Notes: generated by a model from the sequence alone, not told the origin. A stretch of 32,000 bases of DNA from Promethearchaeati archaeon SRVP18_Atabeyarchaeia-1 (GCA_037308085.1 CP147779.1:1764512-1796511); one strand, 5' to 3'. Positions 7,980-17,760 are shown, counted from the first letter of the stretch. Made by a program: numbers and translations.

Positions 7980-8105
7980 CAAAATTCAGTGTGTGCAGGT
8001 CGACACTCTTCAGCTGGATCCAGCAGAATCAAGGCAAGTATAATAAAGAGAGTTCCAGTAATAGTAAGGCATCTGATAGAAGCAGAGCATTCAGGAGTGT
8101 CTTCC

Positions 8106-8564
8106 ATGTCAACGAAAGCACAAAAGAAAGGATCTGGCGCTGAAGACCGTCGTATAGCGTTCTTGCTTGCACTCATCGGAGGAGCGTGCTTGATTCTAGC
8201 TGGCGTGAGTGGGGGTGTGTGGATCTACGCCCAAGCCTTTGCCGCGATCGTGCTGGTGTACCCCGAGCTCGCAGGTATTCTTGGGCTTATTCTCCCGATT
8301 CTAACTGCGATCGCTTCGCTTGGTGGCATAGCTGTAATCATAGGCGGAGTACTCATCCTCGGCGTGAGACTGACGACAGGCAAATTCCTCATCATGATGG
8401 GAGCTGGAGTCGGGATACTCGGGATCTTCATAGGTTTGGCTTCAGGTCTGGCTCAGGGTTGGGGTCTCGTCCAGAGCGCTCAGGCTGTCTTCGCGACTTA
8501 CCAGGTTATCGGTTGGATCGGGATACTCTTCGCGATACTCGCGAGATTTATGGCTAGGAAGTAG
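8106..8564 (+). CDS. Small integral membrane protein (about 4 TM segments)
   Basis: ORF track 7989..8564. I trimmed it to the ATG at 8106 (MSTKAQKKGSGAEDRR followed by hydrophobic helices). The upstream extension is Ser/Arg-rich and overlaps the end of the previous gene region. A T-run (cttttttc) lies ~55 nt after the stop. Confidence 0.6.
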   Translation: MSTKAQKKGSGAEDRRIAFLLALIGGACLILAGVSGGVWIYAQAFAAIVLVYPELAGILGLILPILTAIASLGGIAVIIGGVLILGVRLTTGKFLIMMGAGVGILGIFIGLASGLAQGWGLVQSAQAVFATYQVIGWIGILFAILARFMARK

Positions 8565-8860
8565 AGTCAAGCTAAGGTGAAGGGGTGAAGGCTGTCTGCT
8601 GATTCCTTCGCTCCAGCTTTTTTCTCGATCAATTGACCACCGCGGATCTCAAGTGCCTATTGTATTGTCATGAAAATCACAGTCGGGGTGGGCAGGGCTA
8701 AAGCTGACAAATGGATCATGTGATCTTCGCAAAACGCGCGTGCCCCGTGGAAGCTAATGAGGAGAATATATATGCAGGATGTTACCTAAGTTTATCAACA
8801 ACCGGACGCAGATACGGTCAGATCCTAGTGATATGAGTGAACTTGGAGGTTTGATTAAGC

Positions 8861-9046
8861 TTGGCAAGAAAGCCGAAGGAATTTGAGACTAAAGAGTCCA
8901 CCGGAACTCGAGTAGTCTGTCCAAAGTGCGGATCGATCCACGTAAGGAGCAGTGATGAGAAAGGCAAGGTTATGACTTACATGGGCGGCATGCCCGTCTA
9001 CAAGAAGCTCTGGGTATGCAAGGATTGTGGAAACCAGTGGGGATAG
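8861..9046 (+). CDS. Small zinc-ribbon protein (CPxC...CxxC)
   Basis: 61 aa with CPKCGS and CKDCGN pairs. The start is TTG, preceded by GGAGGT with a 10-nt spacer. A short CCCC/GGGG hairpin follows the stop. Confidence 0.55.
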   Translation: MARKPKEFETKESTGTRVVCPKCGSIHVRSSDEKGKVMTYMGGMPVYKKLWVCKDCGNQWG

Positions 9047-9304
9047 ATCTTGATACTCCCCTCTTGGGGAAGTGAGAATTCACGCTTGGGAAATTGATCA
9101 GGCCATGATGCATGATCTTTGACGCACGTGCACACCGAGAAGATTTTCCGAATTCCGAGTGAACTGGAGTCGTGTCCAACCTTCTGATTCTCAGCATTGT
9201 GGAGTTACAATAGCTCCAATACTCTTTCTTTTGATTAGCCTCCCGACACGGGATAAGAGAGCTATTTCTGGATTCATCTACGCAAGTAGCGCAGTAAGCT
9301 ATTT

Positions 9305-10717
9305 ATGAACCATGGGCGAAAAGTAGCACAGGTCCCGGCGCAAGACAAGTCAATTGCAGGGAGTATTCAGGTCGGCAGGGTGATCAAGCTGTCAAGTCCG
9401 GAGAGAAAGAACTTTCGAGGCTACATGGCATTCTGGTCTGGACAGATGATCTCCACCTTTGGAACCAACATTGTGCAGTTCGCCATCATCATATGGTTCG
9501 CGATTGTAACTGGCAGTCCGCTCATACTAGGTCTGGCAGGGTTTGGCGCTCTTGGCACCCAGCTGGCTTTGACTCCAATTGCAGGGGTCTATGTCGACAG
9601 ATGGTCGAGAAAAAAAGTCATCGCCGTCTCAGATGGTTTGCAGGCAGTTGCGGCGCTAATCCTTATCTACTTCTTCTTCACGGGTCAGGCAACTGTCTGG
9701 CATGTGCTCATCATACTCTCAGCCCGCGGCGGTCTCGGCGCGTTTCACGATCCAGCCTTCCAGGCTGTTATCCCCATTATGGTCCCCGAGCGCTGGCTTA
9801 GCAGGATCAATGGTCTTACCCTTTTGGCAACGGGAATGTCAGCCGCAATTGGGGCGCCGACAGCCGTCTTACTATACTCATTACTTGGAGGAGATCTGGC
9901 AAGAATCCTATGGATAGACGTGATCACTTTCTTGATTGCAGTTGTTCCAACCGTAATCGTCTACATCCCACGAGTAGACAAGGGCAAATCACGCGGTGAG
10001 AAGGTTGCCTTTAGAAGCGAATTCTCAGAGGGTCTCACTTTTATTCGAAAGAAGAGAGGACTGCTCACACTGCTCAGTACCTTCACGATTGCCAACTTCC
10101 TCCTTGTTCCTCTTGGAGTGCTGTTACCCTTGTTCTCCATTCAAATCTTAGCGAAGGGAGACACCACTACAGGTAAATTTCTTTTTGGCTTCCTGTCATT
10201 CTTGACCAATGTCAGCCTTCTTGTCGGCGCCGGCATAATGACCGCTTGGAAGGGATTCAAAAGAAACATCGTCGGAGTTGTTGGGGGGCTGGCGCTGGGA
10301 AGCATAGGAATGTTGCTTTTTGCACTCTCAACTCATATAGGCAGTCTCCTACTATGGTTGACCCCTCAGGCAGTTGTCTATGTTGCCGCTTTTGGGGCGC
10401 TTCTGGTTGGGCTAGTTGTACCCATCGCAAATGTCTCGAGCCAAACCATTTGGCAGAAGATAGTGCCCCCCGAGAAGCTTGGCCGAGTGTTCTCAGTCAG
10501 GTTGGCGCTCGCCCAGATGTCGGCACCCTTTGCCATGCTCTTCAGTGGTCTAGCGGCCGACCTCATCGGAATGCAGATGGTCTTACTCATCTGTGGGGGA
10601 TTGGAACTGCTAGTACTGGTAGTTACGTGGTCAATGACATCGCTCCCGCACGTGGAAGACACTATTCTAGAGAACCAGAAGCCTCCTGAAGAGGGAAACC
10701 TGAAGAATAGGAAATAG
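9305..10717 (+). CDS. MFS transporter
   Basis: 470 aa with about 12 hydrophobic segments and the loop signature GVYVDRWSRKKVI after TM2. The exact start is uncertain (GTG at 9380 is an alternative). Confidence 0.8.
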   Translation: MNHGRKVAQVPAQDKSIAGSIQVGRVIKLSSPERKNFRGYMAFWSGQMISTFGTNIVQFAIIIWFAIVTGSPLILGLAGFGALGTQLALTPIAGVYVDRWSRKKVIAVSDGLQAVAALILIYFFFTGQATVWHVLIILSARGGLGAFHDPAFQAVIPIMVPERWLSRINGLTLLATGMSAAIGAPTAVLLYSLLGGDLARILWIDVITFLIAVVPTVIVYIPRVDKGKSRGEKVAFRSEFSEGLTFIRKKRGLLTLLSTFTIANFLLVPLGVLLPLFSIQILAKGDTTTGKFLFGFLSFLTNVSLLVGAGIMTAWKGFKRNIVGVVGGLALGSIGMLLFALSTHIGSLLLWLTPQAVVYVAAFGALLVGLVVPIANVSSQTIWQKIVPPEKLGRVFSVRLALAQMSAPFAMLFSGLAADLIGMQMVLLICGGLELLVLVVTWSMTSLPHVEDTILENQKPPEEGNLKNRK

Positions 10718-10765
10718 GGAAGAAACTTAGTAGATTCGCGAGGTGTTTACTTGAGGGAGAATAAG

Positions 10766-11203
10766 ATGCCTGTGTCATTGGATAAGAGAAGTGGGACGGT
10801 CAGCTTCATCGGACTAGTTCAAAAAGATACATCAAGAATAATTGTGTTCCCAGAATTCTGCAAAGGTATAGAGGGATTGGAGAACTATTCGCACGTGATC
10901 ATACTATACTGGTTTCATCAGCGCGACAACCCCAAAGAAAGATGCACTCTCCAAGTTATTCCGAAGAGACACGCGGGAGCCCCACAGATTGGCGTATTTG
11001 CATCAAGAAGCCCGAGCCGGCCAAATCCAATCGGACTCTGCGTCGCGGAACTAATCGGAGTTGAGAAATGCATTCTGACCGTAAAGGGGCTTGACGCTGA
11101 CGAGGGGTCCCCGATAATAGACATAAAACCCTACTTGCCCAAGGCAGAGTCGATCCCTGATGCCAGAACGCCCTATTGGGCACAGAGCGGGCCTTTGACC
11201 TAA
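10766..11203 (+). CDS. trmO: tRNA (N6-threonylcarbamoyladenosine) methyltransferase TrmO / TsaA (YaeB) family
   Basis: GVFASRSPSRPNPIGLCVAELIGVE and GSPIIDIKPYLP are hallmark TsaA-family segments. I chose the ATG at 10766 (GAGGGA 7 nt upstream) over the TTG at 10751. Confidence 0.8.
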   Translation: MPVSLDKRSGTVSFIGLVQKDTSRIIVFPEFCKGIEGLENYSHVIILYWFHQRDNPKERCTLQVIPKRHAGAPQIGVFASRSPSRPNPIGLCVAELIGVEKCILTVKGLDADEGSPIIDIKPYLPKAESIPDARTPYWAQSGPLT

Positions 11204-11210
11204 GCCTTCC

Positions 11211-12422
11211 TCATTTCTTAGAGGACTTTCTTTCTTCTTTTAGTGGTTCAGGGAGACGTAAACTGAAGAGCGCACCCAGCGTAACATAGAGGCACATTAG
11301 CAGAACGAAGCCGATCGTTCCGAAGGTCGGGATCACAAGTGAGCCACTTAGCGGACCCACGATCAGTCCTGTGCCCAGTATCATCGAATATACTCCGAAG
11401 GTTGTTCCACGCGTCTCATGTTTTGCTATGTCGCTGAGGTAAGCGAGGACAGCTGGCGGAAACGCCCCAGCCCCGAAACTCACTAACCCCACTAGTGGCA
11501 AGATAGGCCACAATATCTCAATCGAGTTCACGTTGAGGGTCAGCAGAGTTGCGAGAACGCCGAAGCAGAACAAGCCCACAATGATGAAGGGTTTGCGCCG
11601 CAGCAAACGATCGGATAGCCGCCCCAATAGGAGTAACCCCAAGATCAAACAGAATCCGACAACGCCTAGCGTGAACAACGCTTGTGTTGAACTGAAAATG
11701 CTTCCTGACTCAGCGATACCCTCAGCGAAGGCGATGATCAGTCCGTATAGACAGATAATGGGCGTGTAAACTGGAAGCAGACGAAGTATATCTTTGTTTG
11801 AAAAGGTTTGCTTAAAGAGCGCTTTAACGCCAATTGAAGTGACTTCTTTGCCTTTTGTTTCTGTGACAAGTAACAGAACCAAGACAACGGAGACCATGAC
11901 CATTCCCCCTGCCAGAACAAGACTCGAGAATATCGTGAAGTGGAGTAGATTGATGAGCATCGCCCCAGCAACATACCCACCTGCTAATCCTCCGAGAGTT
12001 GTCATGTCGAAGATCCCCATGCTCTGCGCCCTGTTCTTAATAGTGGACATGTCGGAGATCATCGTCAGCGTTGAGGAAACTTTGGCTGCGGCCCCAACTC
12101 CAAACAGGGCTGAGAAACCCATCATAAGTGCAAGTGCGCCTTGGGAAAAAATGAACGAGAAGGCTGCTAGGGCGGTCAGGAAATGCCCTAAGATTAGTAC
12201 AGGCTTTCTTCCAATCTTGTCACACATGGCGCCAAAACCCATCACGGTAACTAGCTCAGCGGCAGGATAGCTGGCAACTATTATCCCGCGCATGAAGTCA
12301 GCCGCAGGACCGACACCTAAGTAGACGTGGCTGGTTGCGACAGCTATGGAAGCGAATCCGGCAGCACGCATGACGAATGTGGCAATATACAAGACCGCGA
12401 GACTGACTCGAGACGATACCAT
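11211..12422 (-). CDS. MFS transporter
   Basis: Multi-pass hydrophobic protein with the loop CDKIGRKPVLILG. I prefer the ATG at 12422 (GGAGCGGAG upstream) to the TTG at 12443. Confidence 0.8.
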   Translation of the reverse strand: MVSSRVSLAVLYIATFVMRAAGFASIAVATSHVYLGVGPAADFMRGIIVASYPAAELVTVMGFGAMCDKIGRKPVLILGHFLTALAAFSFIFSQGALALMMGFSALFGVGAAAKVSSTLTMISDMSTIKNRAQSMGIFDMTTLGGLAGGYVAGAMLINLLHFTIFSSLVLAGGMVMVSVVLVLLLVTETKGKEVTSIGVKALFKQTFSNKDILRLLPVYTPIICLYGLIIAFAEGIAESGSIFSSTQALFTLGVVGFCLILGLLLLGRLSDRLLRRKPFIIVGLFCFGVLATLLTLNVNSIEILWPILPLVGLVSFGAGAFPPAVLAYLSDIAKHETRGTTFGVYSMILGTGLIVGPLSGSLVIPTFGTIGFVLLMCLYVTLGALFSLRLPEPLKEERKSSKK

Positions 12423-12681
12423 ACGCGACTCCGCTCCGACCAAGAATCTACAATTTCACAGTAGCATTGACATGCGCTATGCTTGCTCCAAGCAAATGAC
12501 CCTGAAAGTAAGTTGGATGAAATCAGGACGTTGAGTTGTTGCGGAGAGTTGAGAAAGAGAATGATATAAGGATGTTGGTGCCGTCATTGAGAAGAGTCAC
12601 TCTGGTGCCATATGATTATATACTCAAACGACAAAAGGTTTTCGCGAATTGAGACCCGCATGTTGTTGAAGGTGCCGCTTC

Positions 12682-13416
12682 TTGAATGTCCATGAGAAGT
12701 CTATCAGAGCGAGCGAATACTTGACCTACGTGATTGGCAACATCATTTTGATGGTTGTCCTCTTTTACATCCTGCTTAATAATCTCCTCTATGAATGGAC
12801 GGGGCAGCTGTACCCGGTTACCTCTGGCTTTCGCTTACTCCTAGGAGGTTTAGATGACGCGATCCCATTTGTCCCCGAGATGGTGATCTTCTACCAATAC
12901 CTGTTTTACGGGATCGTGATTCTGACGATGCTCTTCTTTGCCTTTGTTGAATACAGGAAAGGCTACGCCCTAAGTTGGTCCTTGGTGATAGTCAGCGCCA
13001 TCGCAATAATCATCTACATTGTCTTCCCAGTTTCAACCTATGAGTGGCGAGTAGCTCTCACCCCACACTTAGACTTGGGCAACTTCTGGCAAGCTCAAGT
13101 ATACAGTATTTACACCATTGACACTCCTTTCAATTGCTTCCCCAGCTTGCACGCCGCGGTGTCCACAATCTGCTTCTACACATGGTATCAATATAGCAAA
13201 GTGCGACCCAGCCGGGCAACCAAGATAGCTGCAATCGTTGCATTTGTAATTTCAGCAGGCGTTATTCTCTCTACCCTGTTCATCAAGCAACATTATATTG
13301 TAGATGAGATTGCTGGAATCTTGCTCGCCTGGGTGATAGGCAGAACCATCTTCAACTATCTGTGGAAAGCTTTCAAGTTGACTGGATCTCGGGTGGATAA
13401 GCGCAAGGTGAAGTGA
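12682..13416 (+). CDS. PAP2-superfamily membrane protein (PAP2_3 / sphingomyelin-synthase-like type)
   Basis: Six hydrophobic segments. The motifs CFPSLHAAVS and KQHYIVDEIAG correspond to the C2/C3 His and Asp motifs of PAP2-like enzymes. The start codon is uncertain (TTG 12682, GTG 12730 or ATG 12751). A hairpin plus T-rich tract follows the stop (13417-13455). Confidence 0.7.
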   Translation: MNVHEKSIRASEYLTYVIGNIILMVVLFYILLNNLLYEWTGQLYPVTSGFRLLLGGLDDAIPFVPEMVIFYQYLFYGIVILTMLFFAFVEYRKGYALSWSLVIVSAIAIIIYIVFPVSTYEWRVALTPHLDLGNFWQAQVYSIYTIDTPFNCFPSLHAAVSTICFYTWYQYSKVRPSRATKIAAIVAFVISAGVILSTLFIKQHYIVDEIAGILLAWVIGRTIFNYLWKAFKLTGSRVDKRKVK

Positions 13417-13648
13417 GGCACCCCATTATGGGTGTCTCTAATTCGTTTTCTGTTTCTATACCCACCTTGCGAGCTATAGGAACGCAAGGGGGAAAACATG
13501 ACGTATCCTTCAAAGGTGTCTGGGTTGCGTAAATTGCAATCAGACTTCGGGTTGTGCTCAGAACGCGGGATAGAATATAAGGGCGATTGCGAATGTTTGT
13601 TTACCCCCGCAGTTTTCCTTGATAAGCATCATTTAGGAGTGTGGAGAC

Positions 13649-14308
13649 TTGAGCGAAGCTGCCGGCAGAATGATAGCAGGAAATATCGTTCAGGGAATAA
13701 AGAAGGCAGGCGCGGTCCTCGGTCCAGGGTACGTGCAACTCGCGGCAAGATATTCGACCGCTTTCTTTGCCAAACTGATCGGCCAGACGCCACCCGAGGT
13801 CAAGGACATAGATGAGGCTCTTGAGTACGCAATTGGGAACATGAAGATCTTCATGAATGGCTATGAAGCATTCGCATATGGCGCCCTCAAGGCTGAGAGT
13901 ACCATCCAAGGAGCCACTGGATCCGTTATCAGAATGGTAGCTAAGACCTCGACGGCTCACACGTTTGAGGAGGCTGGTTTCGGCAAGGCACTAGGAAAGG
14001 CAAGTACTGCTCCAGAGGCCTTAAGGAAGTACTACTCTTCGCTTGTCAAGCTCGGCTCGATGAGGGAACAGGACCTAAAGTTTACCGATTCTGGCGCAGA
14101 GCTGAAGTTGGATATCGACAATTGCCCGTTCGCTGATGCATGTCTGGCCGCAGTCGCTGAAGGCATTCCAAAGATCCTAGGCGGACACGAGTGTGTGAGG
14201 ATTCTAGCTTTTGCAACAATAATCGAAGTCATGACGGGAAGGCAACAAGACTACAAGCTGACCAGACTGAGTCCGCCCAAGTGTGGCGGCACAATCCTCC
14301 AAGCGTAA
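13649..14308 (+). CDS. Hypothetical protein, possibly a V4R-like small-molecule-binding domain
   Basis: 219 aa. The start is TTG with GGAG just upstream (alternative ATG at 13670). The C-terminal part LKLDIDNCPFADACLAAVAEGIPKILGGHECVRILAFATIIEV loosely resembles the Cys-containing core of V4R (COG1719-type) proteins. The functional call is tentative. Confidence 0.5.
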   Translation: MSEAAGRMIAGNIVQGIKKAGAVLGPGYVQLAARYSTAFFAKLIGQTPPEVKDIDEALEYAIGNMKIFMNGYEAFAYGALKAESTIQGATGSVIRMVAKTSTAHTFEEAGFGKALGKASTAPEALRKYYSSLVKLGSMREQDLKFTDSGAELKLDIDNCPFADACLAAVAEGIPKILGGHECVRILAFATIIEVMTGRQQDYKLTRLSPPKCGGTILQA

Positions 14309-14350
14309 GAGATCCCAACACAGGATATCTCATTTCTTCGCCGTCGGATT

Positions 14351-14640
14351 CTACACTAGCTGGGATCGTTGCAGGCGATCCGTCCCCATGACCTGAAGTA
14401 CCTTATTCACGCCATTGACCCCGTCGACTACTGGCAGTGCTATCTTCCACCGCAGTTCACTCGGCAGCCTCGAGAAGTTTGCCGTCTGGCATTTTCGCCG
14501 TCAACTGCCCCTACTGTAGCCGCATACTGCTACACCTCGTGGTCTCCCATGACTCCCCCGATCTGATGTGAAATACCGCGGCGTTGGCTCGTCGAACCTT
14601 CCTCTCCAGGTCCAGCATTGATCTACTCCATCAGACGGTT
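14351..14640 (-). pseudogene. Decayed copy of the 3' end of guaA (last ~95 codons)
   Basis: It is collinear with 15381-15670, including an aligned stop codon (cta at 14351 versus 15381, offset 1030). Two exact shared strings exist: gagaagtttgccgtc (14472-14486 versus 15502-15516) and tggtctcccatgactcc (14540-14556 versus 15571-15587, offset 1031). The minus-strand translation gives LERKVRRANAAVF.., IGGVMGDHEV*QYAATVGAVDGENA and TANFSRLPSELRWKIALPVVDGVNGVNKVL in three different frames. The intact GuaA reads LERKLWQAFAAILPVKTVGVMGDHRTYQYSVVVRAVESEDAMTANFSKLPWDLLERIALRIVDEVKGVNRIL. A premature TAG lies at 14530-14532. Confidence 0.8.
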
Positions 14641-15248
14641 TTCATCATTACGGTGCTTGGTCCGATGACAAGTGCGGTTGAATGCGCTTTCAGAATATCG
14701 AACATCACCTTAAGTGCGTCGGCGCTTCCCCTTTCGGCGACGGTTTGCTGGTCATACGCGCATATCGCCGTCATGGGGAGATCCAGCGTTCTGTGAAGCG
14801 CTCTCTCATACTGGATAAGTTCTTCCGTCATATTGTTCTCGAAGAAGCATGCCATCTCTCCAGTCACCCTCAAGCCCTTGAAACCCCTTTTCTTTGAGTC
14901 TGCCAGCAAGTCCTTCCACATCTGCAAGGTTCTCGAGGGGTCAAACTTTCCGTCGATTATGTACCAGTCCTTGTAGTCCATTACTTTGAGGGCACCCTTC
15001 TGTTCATACTTGTCGACATCTATGCCGAACTTGCGCATTGCTCTTTTGCTCTCTTCGGGTGATTGCTGGCTAGCCACGTAGGCGGCCGCTTCTTTTCTTT
15101 CCAGGCCAGCTTTCAGGTATGTGAAGAGAACCTCGTTCTTGTCTTCGGTTCTTGTATAGAACAGTACTACGTGGTCTCTGGGTTTCATCTTCTTCACGAA
15201 TTCAAGAACCTGGTTTCTCATGAACTCTGCGGTGACGTCCTTTTCCAA
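14631..15248 (-). CDS. MEDS domain protein (stand-alone sensory domain)
   Basis: 205 aa. DHVVLFYTRTEDKNEVLFTYLKAGLERKEAAAYV matches the conserved MEDS N-terminal block (H-x-x-x-F-Y...). No other domain is present. The start is TTG at 15248 or ATG at 15221. Confidence 0.7.
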   Translation of the reverse strand: MEKDVTAEFMRNQVLEFVKKMKPRDHVVLFYTRTEDKNEVLFTYLKAGLERKEAAAYVASQQSPEESKRAMRKFGIDVDKYEQKGALKVMDYKDWYIIDGKFDPSRTLQMWKDLLADSKKRGFKGLRVTGEMACFFENNMTEELIQYERALHRTLDLPMTAICAYDQQTVAERGSADALKVMFDILKAHSTALVIGPSTVMMKTV

Positions 15249-15280
15249 TTCAGATTCCCAGTTATCTATCTCTTCAGGGT

Positions 15281-15288
15281 TTTATAAA
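15281..15288 (-). promoter_or_regulatory. TATA box (tttataaa, palindromic) upstream of the MEDS gene
   Basis: It lies 33-40 nt upstream of the TTG start at 15248, in the 132-nt spacer after the guaA stop. The geometry fits an archaeal promoter with a very short leader. Confidence 0.4.
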
Positions 15289-15380
15289 TCTCTGGCAGAC
15301 CGTGCCGTTACAGAATGCCCATTTGAGTGGTATATAAGAAGATTATACATTGCGAACAGGGTTCCCCAGAGCTAGTTGTT

Positions 15381-16958
15381 CTATTCCAGCTCGATTGTCG
15401 CTGGTGGTTTGTCGGTGATGTCATAGAGGATCCTGTTGACACCCTTGACTTCATCTACTATTCTCAAGGCGATCCGTTCAAGCAGATCCCAAGGTAGCTT
15501 TGAGAAGTTTGCCGTCATTGCGTCCTCGCTTTCAACCGCCCTTACAACCACCGAATACTGGTATGTTCTGTGGTCTCCCATGACTCCGACCGTCTTAACT
15601 GGGAGTATTGCGGCGAACGCTTGCCAGAGCTTCCTCTCGAGTCCAGCCTTCTTGATTTCCTCTCTGACAATTGCGTCTGCGCCACGCAGAATCTCCAGCT
15701 TCTCTTTCGTGACTTCGCCTGGGCATCTAACGGCAAGTCCTGGCCCTGGGAAAGGCTGGCGCCACGTAATCTCGTCCGGTATGCCCAGCTTCTCAGCGAC
15801 AACTCGTACTTCGTCCTTGTAGAGGTCCCTAATAGGCTCGACAAGCTTCAGGTGCATCCACTCAGGGAGCACGACGTTGTGATGACTCTTGATACGTGAT
15901 GACGTCTTAGTGGCTTGGGCGCTCTCAATCCTGTCAGGATAGATCGTGCCTTGTCCAAGGAATTCGAAGCCGCCATACTTCTCCTTAAGCTCCTCAGCCT
16001 TACTCTCAAAAACTTCGATGAAGGCTGATCCTATTATTCTCCTCTTTTGCTCCGAATCCTCGACCCCTTTCAGCTTCGACAAGAAGAGTTCGCTCGAATC
16101 TAGGAAGTAGAAATTCTTGAATCTAAGATGCTTGGTGAAAGTGCCCAGCACCTGTTCTGCTTCACCTTCCCTCAGCATCCCAGTGTCGACGAATATGCAG
16201 TGCAGGTTGTCTCCGATCGCTCTATGAATTAGCTCGGCAGCCACTGTCGAGTCGACCCCTCCGCTGACGCCCATGACGACTCTTCCTTCGCCGACCTGAT
16301 CTTTGACTTGCTTCACGGTTGCTTGAATGAAATCTAGGGGGTTCCATGTGGGGGCAAGCTTGCATATGTTCAGAACAAAGTTACTCAGTATCTTGATACC
16401 ATTCACGGTGTGCCGAACCTCTGGGTGGAACTGAACCGAGTAAATGCCCATTGCCTTCGAACGGAAAGCCGCGTTCGGGCAGATCTCGGTAGAGGCTATT
16501 CTCTCAAACCCTGGAGGCAGTGATACAACTTGGTCTCCGTGGCTCATCCACACTGTCTCTTCCTTATTCAAGCCCTTTAGAAGGTCGCTCCGGTCATTCA
16601 CAGTGAGCTTCACTTTGCCGTATTCTCTGCTACTGGTTGGTTCGACTTTTCCGCCGAACAGGTGAGCTATTAGCTGGTGACCGTAGCATATTCCGAGTAC
16701 GTGGATCCCTCGCTTAGTAAGGGACTCAATGAGACTTCTGCTCATTGTCGGAGCCCCTTCATCGTACACGCTACTAGGTCCGCCTGAAAGTATTACTCCA
16801 CCTAACCATTTCTCCCCTAGTAGTTTCTCGTCAACGACGTCACTGTACGCAATCAATTCGGAGTAGGCTCCCACTTCCCGGATCCGTCTTGTTATCAGGT
16901 GAGCATATTGGCCGCCGAAATCGATGACGAGTATAAACTTCCTCTCTTCACTTTCCAT
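15381..16958 (-). CDS. guaA: GMP synthase (glutamine-hydrolysing), fused GATase + ATP-pyrophosphatase
   Basis: FILVIDFGGQYAHLITRRIRE, the GATase motif GICYGHQL, the PP-loop GVSGGVDSTV and the C-terminal GVMGDHRTYQY...PPATIELE. I start it at the ATG at 16958 (MESEERK). The 18-codon upstream extension in the ORF track has no homology-like content. Confidence 0.95.
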   Translation of the reverse strand: MESEERKFILVIDFGGQYAHLITRRIREVGAYSELIAYSDVVDEKLLGEKWLGGVILSGGPSSVYDEGAPTMSRSLIESLTKRGIHVLGICYGHQLIAHLFGGKVEPTSSREYGKVKLTVNDRSDLLKGLNKEETVWMSHGDQVVSLPPGFERIASTEICPNAAFRSKAMGIYSVQFHPEVRHTVNGIKILSNFVLNICKLAPTWNPLDFIQATVKQVKDQVGEGRVVMGVSGGVDSTVAAELIHRAIGDNLHCIFVDTGMLREGEAEQVLGTFTKHLRFKNFYFLDSSELFLSKLKGVEDSEQKRRIIGSAFIEVFESKAEELKEKYGGFEFLGQGTIYPDRIESAQATKTSSRIKSHHNVVLPEWMHLKLVEPIRDLYKDEVRVVAEKLGIPDEITWRQPFPGPGLAVRCPGEVTKEKLEILRGADAIVREEIKKAGLERKLWQAFAAILPVKTVGVMGDHRTYQYSVVVRAVESEDAMTANFSKLPWDLLERIALRIVDEVKGVNRILYDITDKPPATIELE

Positions 16959-17153
16959 GCCTGCGCCGCCTCGGAGGATAGTGATCCAGACTGGGCTGAC
17001 CGTGAATCTCAACGCAAATGAATAGATGCTCTACCTTCTTAACGTTTTTCGGGGCAAGGTAGTACTGAAACAGGAGGAAATAGCGGCAAAAGCAGGATTC
17101 CTCGTCTAAGTTCTTGCCGCAACTTGCCCACTGCTTGGACAGAGCTTCTCGCA

Positions 17154-17690
17154 CTACTTAGTCTCGAATCTCTCTACGATCTTCTGGTACTTCTCGTGGA
17201 TCAACTTTCTGTCGAACTCCCAGAACTCCTGAAGCATTGCATCTTGTTCCTGCTTCGTGAAGTAGTCCAGTATGGGGAAGAAGAAGTGCTTGTCCTCCTT
17301 CTCGATGTGCTTCGGGTAGAATTCGGCTAGCGCTCCTAGCTTGGCAGTGATTTCCTTCAAGGCGTTACTGTTGCCCTGAACGTACTTGTCCTTGGCGGCA
17401 ACTAGCTCGCCAACCGTTTTTCTGGCGTAGACGTGCTCCTCTACCAGTTCATCCACAGTCTTCTTGTGCCCTGGCGAGAGCTTCTTCTTCGCCAGATCTC
17501 TGAAAAGTATGTCCTCTTCTTTGCCGTGGTGGCACCTGTCCGCATATGTTCTTGCGAAGTCGACATAGGTGTCGATGAAGATGGGATCAGCCTTCTTTCC
17601 TCTTTCTATTTTGTTCAACTCTTCTTTCACAATCGCGATCATGCGCTCGATCAGCCTGTGTTCAATCATTAATGGACCAATCGGCTTCAA
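17154..17690 (-). CDS. Hemerythrin-like (HHE cation-binding) domain protein
   Basis: LMIEHRLIERM, CHHGKEEDILF and KHIEKEDKHFFFP supply the His/Glu ligand pattern of hemerythrin-like domains. The start is TTG, preceded by GGAGGG with a 9-nt spacer. Confidence 0.8.
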   Translation of the reverse strand: MKPIGPLMIEHRLIERMIAIVKEELNKIERGKKADPIFIDTYVDFARTYADRCHHGKEEDILFRDLAKKKLSPGHKKTVDELVEEHVYARKTVGELVAAKDKYVQGNSNALKEITAKLGALAEFYPKHIEKEDKHFFFPILDYFTKQEQDAMLQEFWEFDRKLIHEKYQKIVERFETK

Positions 17691-17760
17691 TTGAGATCAC
17701 CCTCCAAACTAGCTTGCAAAGGAATACGTGTCTCAGGTCTTTTGGATCTTTCTGCAGTTA

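Noticed and set aside
13498-13960. 105-aa plus-strand ORF and 119-aa minus-strand ORF around the start of the 13649..14308 gene
   Set aside because: Both overlap the better-supported frame, which has GGAG before its TTG and is continuous for 219 aa. Their composition is Arg/Gly/Ser-rich.
14351-15670. Interpretation of the guaA partial duplication as an intact integrated mobile element
   Set aside because: No integrase, transposase, terminal inverted repeats or other mobile-element genes are visible anywhere in the window. Only about 1 kb lies between the repeats. I report it as a footprint, not as a mobile element.
15436-15899. Alternative-frame and antisense ORFs inside guaA (128, 100 and 109 aa)
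   Set aside because: They lie entirely within a strongly supported gene. They were useful only because the antisense frame (WSPMTP) revealed the similarity to 14369..14566, which led to the remnant call.
16959-17012. 18-codon N-terminal extension of guaA
   Set aside because: GMP synthases begin a few residues before the ILVLDFG-type strand. The ATG at 16958 (MESEERKFILVIDFGGQY) fits that, and the extension has no supporting signal.
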